This document shows, piece after piece, positions 10,146 through 21,400 of a DNA stretch of 32,526 nucleotides. Position 1 is the first letter of the stretch; every line of letters starts with the position of its first letter. Origin of the DNA: Jimgerdemannia flammicorona (taxonomy: Eukaryota); NCBI GenBank assembly GCA_003990765.1, contig RBNJ01000342.1, forward strand, positions 1-32,526. The letters are read 5' to 3'. The notes below the pieces were generated by a model that was not told the DNA's origin, searched no databases, and saw only the letters and a list, made by a program, of their open reading frames with translations. Position numbers and translations under genes: made by a program.

Positions 10146-13100
10146 TTTACAATCCAAATCTGCTTCAAGATGCTTTCTCACTCTGCTACAACCCCTTCTG
10201 AGAATTCCTACAAGTTGGTATCAAGCCCAACCTCTGAACTGGAATTTATCCTGAACCATCTGACAATCTGGAGAGAATTGAACCTGATGTATAAGGACAA
10301 TTTGACCTCTACACCTGCAACAAGTGGGACAAACTTCATTCAAAAAAAGAAGTACTCTGATTAAACCAACAAATAGGCGAAACCCTATTCACTGAACTCC
10401 TTACACTACACCCAGCAAGTTAAGATGAAGAAGGTCTTATTGAAGCCTTCTTTACTCTCCTCAATAAGAGTTTTGTCAGCTCCACAAATCTGAGTAACCT
10501 AGGACAACCAGTAGCAGTCTTTCTAGCCTTAGTTCCTCATGAAGCTCAAGCCTCTGTAGCCAAGTGGCTCAACTCTACCGACTTTCACCATACTAGGACC
10601 AAGACCATGTTATACTATCGATTCCAGAACAGCAAGGCCCACCATATTCTTAAAGAAGAAGCAAGGGAAACCCTTTATCAACTACCTGACCCTGAACCTG
10701 AAGTAGGCCCTGCTACAGCCCTACCTGAATCTGAAACCAATACCAAACCTGAACTTGACTTTGAATTAAGTTTATCTGAAATCAGATATACAACTGATTC
10801 TGTCTACTTCGATGCCAAGCAAACCCAATTACATGAGAACCAAACTGAAGAGGAGGAGGAGTATCTCAGTAAATTCGATCCCAGATATACCACCAAAGGA
10901 GAAGTACCTCCATGAGGACAGAATACACCTACATAGCAACAAATAGTTATCTATTAAGCCCTCACTCCAGACCCACAACTACTACTCCAGCAACTTACAC
11001 AGACCCAAAGAACCCCATCACACTCTGCACCAGTACCTCAAGTAGTACCAGTAACACCACTACCAGCAGTTCAATCACCTCTAGTAAACAATATGGCAAA
11101 TCAACAGATTCTAGACCTCACAGCCCAGGTAGCCATAATGGCAGCAACCATTACTGCCTTAGCTGAACAGACCTGACCTACTAAAAATCTGAGCCTATCT
11201 ACCTTCAATGGTACTGCACAAGAAGTCCAAAGCTTCATTAGTGTAGTTGACACCAACTTTGAAGCCAATCAATGGACCAATGAGTGAGTTGCTGACCATG
11301 TTCTGACAAATAATCAAGACCACACTCTGAAACAACTCTTTGCTACCACTACAGCATATGTCCGCCAAGTTGTTACATTCTTCTGAGGACCTGCTAAAGA
11401 ATGGTGGTGAACCCTTCCTGAAAAACCCCTCACATGAAATACCTGACCTGCAGTAGTTGCTCAGAATGCAGCAAACAATGCCCCAGGATACGGAGCCCAT
11501 CCTGCAGCCCCTGGACTCAAACAACTCATGATTGCCAAATCTTGAGTAAAACTCTATAACCTCAAATTTGATATATATAGCAAAGAAGAATTTGAAACCT
11601 TCTGTACAAAACTTGAGTCACTCCTGAACACTGTTGGCCTAGGATATATTACTAATGATGAAGCATGAAATGGTACAAGAGCAGACCATTTATTCGATGC
11701 ACTGCCTGGATGGCTTACTTGAAAAATCTGAGAACAAGGCCACCCAGTTGGTTGTGACCACCAACAATAGTGCCTAGCCAGAATCAAGACCATGGTCAAG
11801 CGAATCCTAACAGCTGGACCAATGCTGCCCCAAAGACAATTCAACAACAAGGAAAAGACTTAGACCAAGAAAGAAGAACTAAAGCATGAAGCATCTCGAG
11901 CTCCCTCTACATCCACCTCTTGGATACCCAGAAATCATAAATCCACCCAGTCAAGTACCTTCAAGAAACTCACCAAAGGCAAAAGAAATAAACTTCGAAG
12001 AAGTGGAGCATGCTTCTATTGCCGAAAGACAGGACACATAGCCAGTGTCTGGCCTAACTGGAAACCCCGAACAGCAACACAAGCAACTGTTACCACTCTG
12101 CACCACCTTAACAACCTAACTACCAGAACACTAGACTTTGTCAAGTTAAGACAAACTGCCAAGACCCCAACTAAAGGAAGTCAAAAAGCAGCTGGATATG
12201 ATCTGTATGTAGCCGAAAAGCTATAGTTTCCAACTGAGAAGTCAAACAAGTCTATATAGGAATCAGCATCCAAATCTCTGAAGGACATGTTGGAAGAATA
12301 TGCTGTCACAGCAGCCTAGTATTGAATGGACTCTCAGTAGAAGGAGGAGTTATTGATGAAGATTACACAGGTGAAATCATTGTCCTCATTCGAAACCACA
12401 GTTGGACACCCTTCAAGATCTCTATAGGTTTCTATATTGCCCAGATTCTATTCGAAAAAATTGAGTCAACCCTGACAGTCAAGGAAGTCCCTGAACTACT
12501 GCCCACCATCCAAGAATCCAAAGAATTTGGCTCATCAAACAAGGTGCCAGCCCAACCTACCATGAGCAAAGAAGAACAATTCTATAAGAAGATTGAGGAC
12601 GGATATATACCAAGTGGCCGATGCCCTCATGGCATTGAAATGTACTCTTTCTGAATGATTGATGATTGCTTCTCTTGTGTCAATGAACTGGCTCAAAGAA
12701 GAACTAACAGAAGGAAAGCTCTTACAACTGAAATCACCACCATTGGTTCAGACAAACTGCTTACACTCAAAGCTTTTGTCAACTGAGCACCTGTTAAGAT
12801 TATAATAGACAGTGGTGCCTCAGGCAACTTTATCAATGAAGAGACAGCCAATAGACTCAAGGTCTTCACCTCTCCAGTACAACAAACTCAAGCAGTTGCC
12901 ATAACTGATGGAATCTCATATGTCATCAGCAAGGAAGTTCACAATCTACCCTTCTGAATTGGTGACTATCAAGTACATATTACCCTCCAAATCATACCAC
13001 TTTCTGACAATGAAATCATCCTTGGGACTCTATGGTTAAAACAAGAGAACCCTATGATCAATTGGGTAAACTATTCTCTGACCATCAAGAAAGGATGCCA

Positions 13101-16100
13101 CAACTTCAAACTGCAAGACAAAAAGGACCCACTTAATTCTAGTGACCCTGGACCAAAGATCACCTACATCAACAAGCTACAACTTAAGAAATTGGCCAAG
13201 AAATGCCCTCTCTTCACCATCTCCATTCATCCATCCAAAGAAGAACCCAAGAACTCTGAAGAAGATTTTTCCAAAGTTGACAGCCATGTCAGACTACTAC
13301 TCCAGAAATTTCGAGACATATTTCCAAAGAAGCTTCCAAAAGGCCTACCTCCTAAATGAGCAGTAGACCATACCATCAAGACTATCCCAGATGCCAAACC
13401 AGCCTTCAAGTCAATCTACCACATGTCTCCAAGAGAAATCGATGTACTTAAGAAAGAAATTGATAAACTCCTAGAACAAGGATTCATCAGACTCAATGTA
13501 TCACCTTATGGTGCACTAGTCCTATTTGTTGTCAAGAAAGGAGGAGACCTGCAAATGTGCATTGACTACTGTGATCTCAATGAATAGACCATCAAGAACT
13601 GTTGCCCACTACCAAGGATCGATGAAATATTCGATAGGCTCACCAATCCACAATTCATGAGCTCTCTTGATCTGTAAAATGGTTACTGGCAAATTGCTAT
13701 GAAAGAAGAAGACATCTACAAGACAGCTTTCTGAACTCGCTATGGACACTTCAAGTTCCTGATTATACCCTTTAGCTTAACTAATATTCCTGCAACCTTC
13801 CACACCCTGATGAATACTATTCTGCACCCATACCTGGACAAATTCGTTGTTGTCTATATTGATGATATTCTAGTCTTCAGCAAAACCCTGGAGAAACATC
13901 TTGAATACCTTGAACTAGTACTACTGAAACTCCAAGAAAACTGACTCTTTATAAAACTTAGCAAGTATGAATTTCTCCTAAAAGAAATTCAATTCCTTGG
14001 ATACATTGTCACTCCAAATAGAATCAAAGTGGACCCCAGCAAAATCTCTGCAATCAAGGATTGGCCCAGACTTAAGAAGCTGAAAGACCTCCAGTCATTC
14101 CTGGGATTAGCAAACTATTACAGGTGATTTGTTGCCAACTTTGCTAAAATCGCTACTGCCCTCACCCAAATGACCAAGCATAGCAAGAAACAAGAACAAC
14201 CCTAGACCATGAAACAAGAGAAAGACTTCAACAATCTTGTAACTTGGGGATCTGAACAAGATACTGCCTTTCAAGTACTGAAAGATGCCCTGATAACCAC
14301 TCTAGTACTTCAAGCAGCAAATCCTGCTCTACCATATGAAGTTACTACTAATGCCTCTGACCTAGTCCTTGGAGCAGTACTTATGCAAGAAGGACACCCT
14401 GTGGCCTATCACTCCCACAAGTTCAATAATGCTGAAATCAACTATGCAACTCATGAAAAAGAAATGTTAGCCATCATAGACACTTTGATCAAATGGCAAC
14501 CATACCTAGAAGGAGCACACTTCACCATATTGACTGACCACAAATCATTAGTCAATATCAAGACACAGGCTACCCTTTCTCAAAAGCAAGCCAGATGGAT
14601 AAAAGTCCTTACTAACTTTGACTATGAAATCCAGTATCACCCTGGCAAGGAGAATATTATTGCCAATGCAATCTCCAGACCACTTATTGAAGAAGTTATC
14701 CAAACTCTCACTTTGGTTACCAATACTATCATGGAGCAAATTATTACAGCATGTGCCGATGATAAGAAAGCTCAAACACTGCAAGAAATCCTGAACAGTG
14801 ATGATGCTGACAAGCATATACAGTATCACTAATACCAACTAAAGGACAATGCTATCTACTACAAGGACAGACTGTATGTCCCAAATAACTAAGACCTCTG
14901 AAGGACTATCCTATTCAAATGTCATGATGCACCTACAGCTAGACATTTAGGATTTGACAAATGCTATGAAATTATCTCTCGAAACTTCTATTGGCCCCAC
15001 ATGGTAGATCAGCTCAAAACCTACATCACTTCCTATAATGCCTGCCAATGGAACAAGTCCTCAATACTAGCAAAACCTGGTCTACTCCACCCTATCCCAG
15101 TACCATCTGCTAATTGGGAACAAATCTCTATGGACTTCATTGTATAACTACTCTGAACCAAGAATGGGAAAGATGCAATTGTTGTCTTTGTGGACTATCT
15201 TAGCAAACAAGCTCACTTTGTACCTACTACCACTACTGCAACAGCACCAGACATAGCTACACTCTTATTTGACAGCATCTTCTGCTATCATGGTCTTCCT
15301 AAGATCATTGTTAGTGACCAAGACCCAAAATTCACTAGCCATTTTTGGAAAGCCCTCTATGCATATCTTGGAACAAAACTTGCACTATCCACAGCCTTTC
15401 ACCCTGAAACTGATGGTCAAACTGAAAGAATGAACCGAACTCTGGAACAAATACTAAGGAACTATGTTTCCTACAGACAAGATGATTGGCATGAATACCT
15501 GACTGCAGTCGAGTTTGCTTATAATAACAGCAAGTAAGTCTCTCTTGGAATGACTCCATTCTTTGCCAATACTGGACAAAACCCAAACACCCCTTTAACA
15601 CTTATCCAAACCACCAAAGAACCCTCTACAGTCAAAGCTATTGAAGAATTCTTACTCTGAATGTGCAATCTAAGCCAGATTGCTATTGAGAATTTATCAC
15701 GAGCTCAAGAACAACAGTCACAGTATGTTAACCAACACCATCGAGAAGAAATCTTCAATATTGAAGAAAAAGTTCTACTAAACATCTGAGGATACCAAGA
15801 TGTCAACCTCAAGTACAGACCATCTACAAAGCTGAACAGTAAGTTCATTGGACCATTTGAAGTCATCCCACAAGTCTCTCCAACCTCCTACAAATTGGCA
15901 CTACCAGACACTATTAAGATTCATCTAGTCTTTAATATTCAATGTCTCAAGCAATACAATGAGAATGATGATGAGCTATTTCCAAACCAGACCACCAAAC
16001 CACCTGCACCTGTCATTATTAATGACCAAAAAGAGTATGAAGTTGAACAAATTCTCAACAAATGTGGCAATAAGAGCCACCCTGAGTATCTTGTCAAATA

Positions 16101-16197
16101 GAAAGGTTACCTGATCCATGATGCAATCTGGGAACTCAAGACTAATCTCCAGAATACTACTGACTTGGTTCAGGAATATGATTCTTTGAACAACTAA
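10146..16197 (+). pseudogene. gag-pol: Element A gag-pol polyprotein: Gag, CCHC knuckle, dUTPase, PR, RT, RNase H, integrase, chromodomain
   Basis: CFYCRKTGHIASV(W) at 12011-12052, dUTPase at about 12130-12535, IDSGASGNFI at about 12805, YIDDI at 13855-13869, RNase H TNASDLVLGAVL, integrase HPETDGQTERMN, GPF at about 15850, and chromodomain EYEVEQILNK...YLVK*KGY, ending TAA 16195-16197. Many CGA>TGA and CAA>TAA stops. Confidence 0.96.
12130..12535 (+). pseudogene. dut: dUTPase domain of element A
   Basis: Trimeric dUTPase motifs AAGYDLY, GRICC(R)SSL, GGVIDEDYTGEI and IAQI, plus C-terminal motif V (RGSKGFGSS in B). Confidence 0.93.
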
Positions 16198-16298
16198 AAC
16201 CAAATACTCTGTACCTATCTGTACATGCTATATATTATCCTCCTGAACACTATAACTATCAAATCAAGAACTTAGCAAAATAAGATAAGAATACCAAC

Positions 16299-18212
16299 TG
16301 TAAGAGGGTTGCTTTTTAGGGTAACCATTACATAGTTCTGGAAAGGGTTTCTGGATATTCTGGAAGATTGTCCTCTATGCTTATTGATTTCAAGATCAGG
16401 TTGATGTCTCAACCAAAGTCCTTTTTTGGACTAGTTCTGGATATTCAGGATTTTCCATATTTCAGGAAGTTCAAGAAACTAAGACCAGCTTAGTTGAATT
16501 GGCATATCGCTGCAGACAATACCCAATTAGGAAATTTTGTGAGGGGGTTAGGAGTGGGACCTAATGGGGAGTGGATTTACTTAAGAGTGGTTTGTGGGTT
16601 ATTAAATAGATTTATTCGCTATTCATGATATTGCTATACTAGGGGTAGTTGTGTAAAGGGATATTGTGGGGAAGTATTCAGGAATGTTCTTGTGTATTCG
16701 AGTCTGAGATTCTGAGATCTGGGGGAGTGGGTATTTATACTAGTGAGGGGCTATTTGGATTATGCTAAATATGGATATAGCACTAAGTGCCTTGCTGAGT
16801 TGGAATGCAGTCACATAGTATAAGTGTGATCTGACATGTCAAGAGATCATCTAACTGCTGAGTCAGTTCACAGTCATATCGTACAAGGCTAATCTAACTA
16901 TACTATGACTGCTAGGCTATTTATGGGTTTAGGTGCTGTCTGGATAGTCCTTGATGACATCACCATCAATTGTATCATCTCTGATGAAGTAGTCATCTAG
17001 GAAGAGTGGTTCGCAGATTACTTCTCCTTGTTTGCTGAGGTAATAATACATTGGAACTTCATCTCCATCCTACAGGATAGCATTGTCTGTCTCATATGCA
17101 GGATAAGGTATTGGTGGATGAAGAAGGGGTGTATCATTTTCACTTTCATTGGATTCGCTGTCTGCATACCTCCTGTAAGTTACAGCACTATGAGTTGCAG
17201 AATTGTAGTAAGCTGACGGCTGTGGTTCATGTTGCTCATACTCAGGTAGTGGAGTGGTTGGTTTGGTCTCGAGAGTTGTCTGGAGGTACAGGTTGTGTTC
17301 TCCGGTCTCTTTATTATAGTTGAAATAATTGGGGGTGAACGTGGGTTAGTATTCATGCCAGTGGTCATTGTCCCAATAAGTCTTGTAGGCTGTTATGAAT
17401 TATTGTAAGTTCATTGGCAAGGTTGGCAGTGTGACCAGGGTTGGCAGAGATCCTTGGCTAGAGGTCATGTCGGCATCAGAGAGATCATTGTCTTCTGCTT
17501 CATCTTCATCAAAGTGGATTATATCATAGATATCTTTTATGGCATATCCAACTTGGGGCATTTGCAGGATATGGTTGTTGGGGTGTGGAAAGGTTCTGTC
17601 TGTAGTTTTGACGTACTCGAGGTACTTGTGGTTGAATTCTTGATATTTGTGGGTGATGAGCTTCTGGTATTGAGACATCTCAGTAATGTCTGTATCATGG
17701 TGGTATTTGACCATATCTTCCAGGAGGCGGCCGATCTGGTAGTAGCTTGAGATTTGTCCGATTTGGTGGGCCTCACTAAGCATGTTCAGAGCATTCCAAT
17801 GGGCTTCTATGAAGTGGAGGGATGCTAGACTATGGATATTCATGAGGGGCAGAGAGGGTATAGCTCGGTTAACAATGGCATTTCAAATGTCAGCGCAGAT
17901 GTGGGTATAGATCTCAGTGGTCATGTTTGTGTGTTAGAAGTTGTGGTTGTTGTTTTGTTTTAGTTCTCTGATTTGATACATCTTGGTGCTCGGTATATAT
18001 GCATTTGATCCTAATTGGTAAGATTCTGTTTGTGTAGATCTTGTGTTCTGTGACTTTGTATTAACTCAGCTTTGTGTGCTATGACTTTGGTTTGACTCAG
18101 CTTCATGATCGAGCAGGTGATTTCCAGATTTGTTCAGAGGTCGTGTGTGATTTCAGTGGCTTGTTTGGAGGGTGACATGTAATTTCGATGGCTTAGAGGT
18201 TGTGCGCTTACA
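16299..18212 (-). repeat. 3' LTR of element B (1914 bp)
   Basis: Direct repeat of 24484-26436, preceded on the minus strand by the PPT. It has a private deletion of about 37-39 bp near 16368. Confidence 0.96.
16929..17924 (-). pseudogene. LTR-encoded U3 protein, B 3' LTR copy (331 codons, no frameshift)
   Basis: ATG at 17924 to TAA at 16929-16931 is 996 nt, equal to the A copy (1098 nt) minus an in-frame 102-nt deletion. Includes ORF-track 17400..17843. Confidence 0.8.
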
Positions 18213-18230
18213 ACTCTCCCCTTCTTAGCT
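18213..18230 (-). other. Polypurine tract of B
   Basis: Minus-strand AGCTAAGAAGGGGAGAGT directly before the LTR TGTAAG. Confidence 0.9.
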
Positions 18231-18416
18231 TTCGACGTCCTCATCGGGGCCTTCTAATTTTGTTCAGTGGTACAGGAAAAATAGGCTTGCTTTCTGTTTT
18301 ACCATTTTTTCCAGAGGGTCAGTATTCTTGTCTTGTTTTGCTGAGTTCTTGGTTTAGTCTCCAATAATTATAATGTTTGGAAGGATAATATATGAGTAGG
18401 TGCAGAGTATTTGGTT

Positions 18417-21400
18417 CTAGTTGTTTAAGGAATCATATTCCTGAACTAGGTCAGTAGCATTCTGGAGATTGGTCTTGGGTTCCCAGATTGCATTGTGGAT
18501 CAGATAACCTTTCCAATTGACAAGGTACTCAGGGTGGCTCTTGTTGCCACATTTGTTGAGGATTTGTTCAACTTTGTATTCTTCTTGGTCATTAATAATG
18601 ACAGGTGTAGGTGGTTTGGTGGTTCGGTTTGGGAATAGCTCATCATCATTCTCATTGTATTGCTTGAGATATTGAACATTAAAGACTGGGTGAATCTTAA
18701 TAGTGTCTGGTAGTGCCAATTTGTAAGAGGTTGGAGAAACTTGTGCAATGACTTCAAATGGTCCAATGAACTTGCTGTTCAGCTTTGTAGATGGTCTATG
18801 CTTGAGATTGTCAACTCGGTATCCTCTAATATCTAGTAGAACCTTTTCTCCAATATCAAAGGTTTCTTCTCGGTGGTGTTGATTAACATACTGTAACTGT
18901 TGTTCTTGGGCCTGTGATAAATTCTCAATTGCGATCTGGCTTAGATTACGCATTCGGAGTAAGAATTCTTCAATAGCTTCAACTGTGAAGAGTTCTTCAG
19001 TAGTTCAGATAAGTGTCAAAGGGGTGTTTGGGTTTTGTCCAGTATTGGCAAAGAATGGGATCATTCCAAGAGAGGCTTACTTGCTATTGTTATAGGTAAA
19101 CTCAACTGTGGTGAGGTGTTCATGCCAGTCATCTTGTCTGTAGGAAATATAGTTTCTTAGCATTTGTTCCAGAGTTCGGTTCATTCTTTCAGTTTGGCCA
19201 TCAGTTTCTGGGTGAAAGACTGTGGATAGTGCAAGTTTTATTCCAAGGTGTGCATGGAGGGCTTTCCAAAAGTGGCTGGTGAATTTCAGATCCTGATCAC
19301 TAATGATGATCTTTGGAAGACCATGGTAGTGGAAGATATTGTCAAACAAGAGTATGGCTATATCTGGTGCTATTGCAGTAGTGGTAGTAGGCACAAAGTG
19401 GGCTTGTTTGCTGAGATAGTCTATGAAGACAACAATTGCATCTTTTCCATTCTTGGTTCAGGGTAGTTGTACAATGAAGTCCATAGAGATTTGTTCCCAA
19501 TTTGTGGATGGTACTGGGATAGGGTGTAGTAAGCCAGGTTTTACTAGTGTTGAGGACTTGTTTCATTAGCAGGTATCATAGGAAGTGATGTAGGTTTTAA
19601 GCTAATCTGCCATATGGGGCCAATAGAAGTTTTGGAAGATAACTTTGTAACATTTATCAAATCCTAAATGTTCAGCTGTAGGGGCATCATGACATTCAAA
19701 TAGGATAGTCCTTCAGAGGTCTTGGTTGTTTGAGATATACAGTCTGTCTTTGTAGTAGATAGCATTGTCCTTGAGTTGATATTGATTGTACTGGGTATAT
19801 TTGTCAGTATCATCACTGTTTAGGATTTGGCAGAGTGCTTGAGCTTCTTTATCATCAGCACACGCTGTGATAATTTATTCCATGATGGAGTTTGTAACTA
19901 AGGTGAGAGTTTGGATAACTTCTTCGATGGGTGGTCTGGAGATTGCATCGACAACAATGTTTTCTTTGCCCGGGCGATATTGGATTTCATAGTCAAAGTT
20001 GGTGAGGACTTTCATCCATCTGGCTTGCTTTCGAGAAAGGGTAGCCTGAGTCTTGATGTTGACTAATGACTTGTGGTCAGTCAATACAGTAAAGTGTACT
20101 CCTTCTAGATATGGTTGCCATTTGATCAGAGTGTCTATGATGACTAACATTTCCTTCTCATGAGTTGTATAGTTGATTTCGGCATCATTGAACTTGTGGG
20201 AGTGATAGGCCACAGGGTGTCCTTCTTGCATGAGTACTGCTCTGAGAGCTAGGTCAGAGCATTGGTGGTAACTTCATATGGTAGGGCAGGATTTGCCACT
20301 TGAAGTACTGGGGTAGTTATCAAGGCATCTTTCAGTGCTTAAAAGACTGTATCTTGTTCAGGTCCCCAAGTTACAAGGTTGTTGAAGTCTTTCTCTTGTT
20401 TCATGGTCCAGGGTTGTTCTTATTTCTTATTGTACTTGGTCATTTGGGTGAGAGCGGTAGCGATTTTGGCAAAGTTGGCAACAAATCGCCTATAATAGTT
20501 TGCTAATCCCAGGAATGACTAGAGGTCTTTCAGCTTCTTGGATCTGGGCCAATCCTTGATTGCGGAGATTTTGCTGGAGTCCACTTTGATTCCATTTGGA
20601 GTGACAATATGTCCAAGAAATTGAATTTCTTTCAGGAGAAATTTGCACTTACTGAGTTTTGTAAAGAGTCAGTTTTCTCGGAGTTTCAGTAGTACTAGTT
20701 CAAGGTGTTCAAGATGTTTCTCCAGGGTTTTGCTGAAGACTAGGATGTCGTCAATGTAGACAACAACAAATTTGTCTAGGTATGGATGCAGAATGGTATT
20801 CGTCAGTGTCTGGAAGGTTGCTGGAGCATTAGTTAAGCCAAAGGGCATAACCAGGAACTCAAAGTGTCCATAGCGAGTTCAGAAGGCTGTCTTGTAGATG
20901 TCTTCTTCTTTCATAGCAATTTGCCAGTAACCATTTCACAGGTCAAAGGAGCTCATGAATTGTGGGTTGGTAAGTCTATCGAATATCTCATCGATCCTTG
21001 GTAGTGGGCAACAGTTCTTGATGGTCTGTTCATTGAGGTCACAGTAGTCAATGCACATTCGCAGATCTCCTCCTTTCTTGACAACAAATAGGACTGGTGC
21101 ACCATAAGGTGATACACTGGGTCTGATGAATCCTTGCTCTAGGAGTTTATCAATTTCTTTCTTGAGTACATCAATTTCTCTTGGGGATATGTGGTAGATT
21201 GACTTGAAGGCTGGTTTGGCATCTGGGATAGTCTTGATGATATGGTCTACTGCTCATTTAGGAGGTAGGCCTTTCGGGAGTTTCTTTGGGAATATGTCTC
21301 GAAATTTCTGAAGTAGTGGTCTGACATGGCTGTCAACTTTGGAAAAATCTTCTTCAGAGTTCTCAGGTTCTCCTTTGGATGGGCAGATGGAAATGGCAAA

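Noticed and set aside
10216..10226. TGGTATCAAGC resembling the plant tRNA-iMet PBS
   Set aside because: It is 85 nt from the LTR end, differs in B (TGGTATAAAGC) and lies in coding frame. A better PBS sits 3 nt after the LTR.
10146..16197. Recoded genetic code (TGA as sense) in the retrotransposon pol
   Set aside because: The TGAs fall at Arg (CGA) positions and coexist with TAA/TAG stops and frameshifts, so mutation explains them.
17454..17750. Antisense ORFs within LTRs (also 20..280, 8268..8450, 9053..9280, 25761..25976, 27196..27594)
   Set aside because: These are shadow ORFs of the U3 gene. Their starts and lengths vary between copies, and many begin at non-ATG codons.
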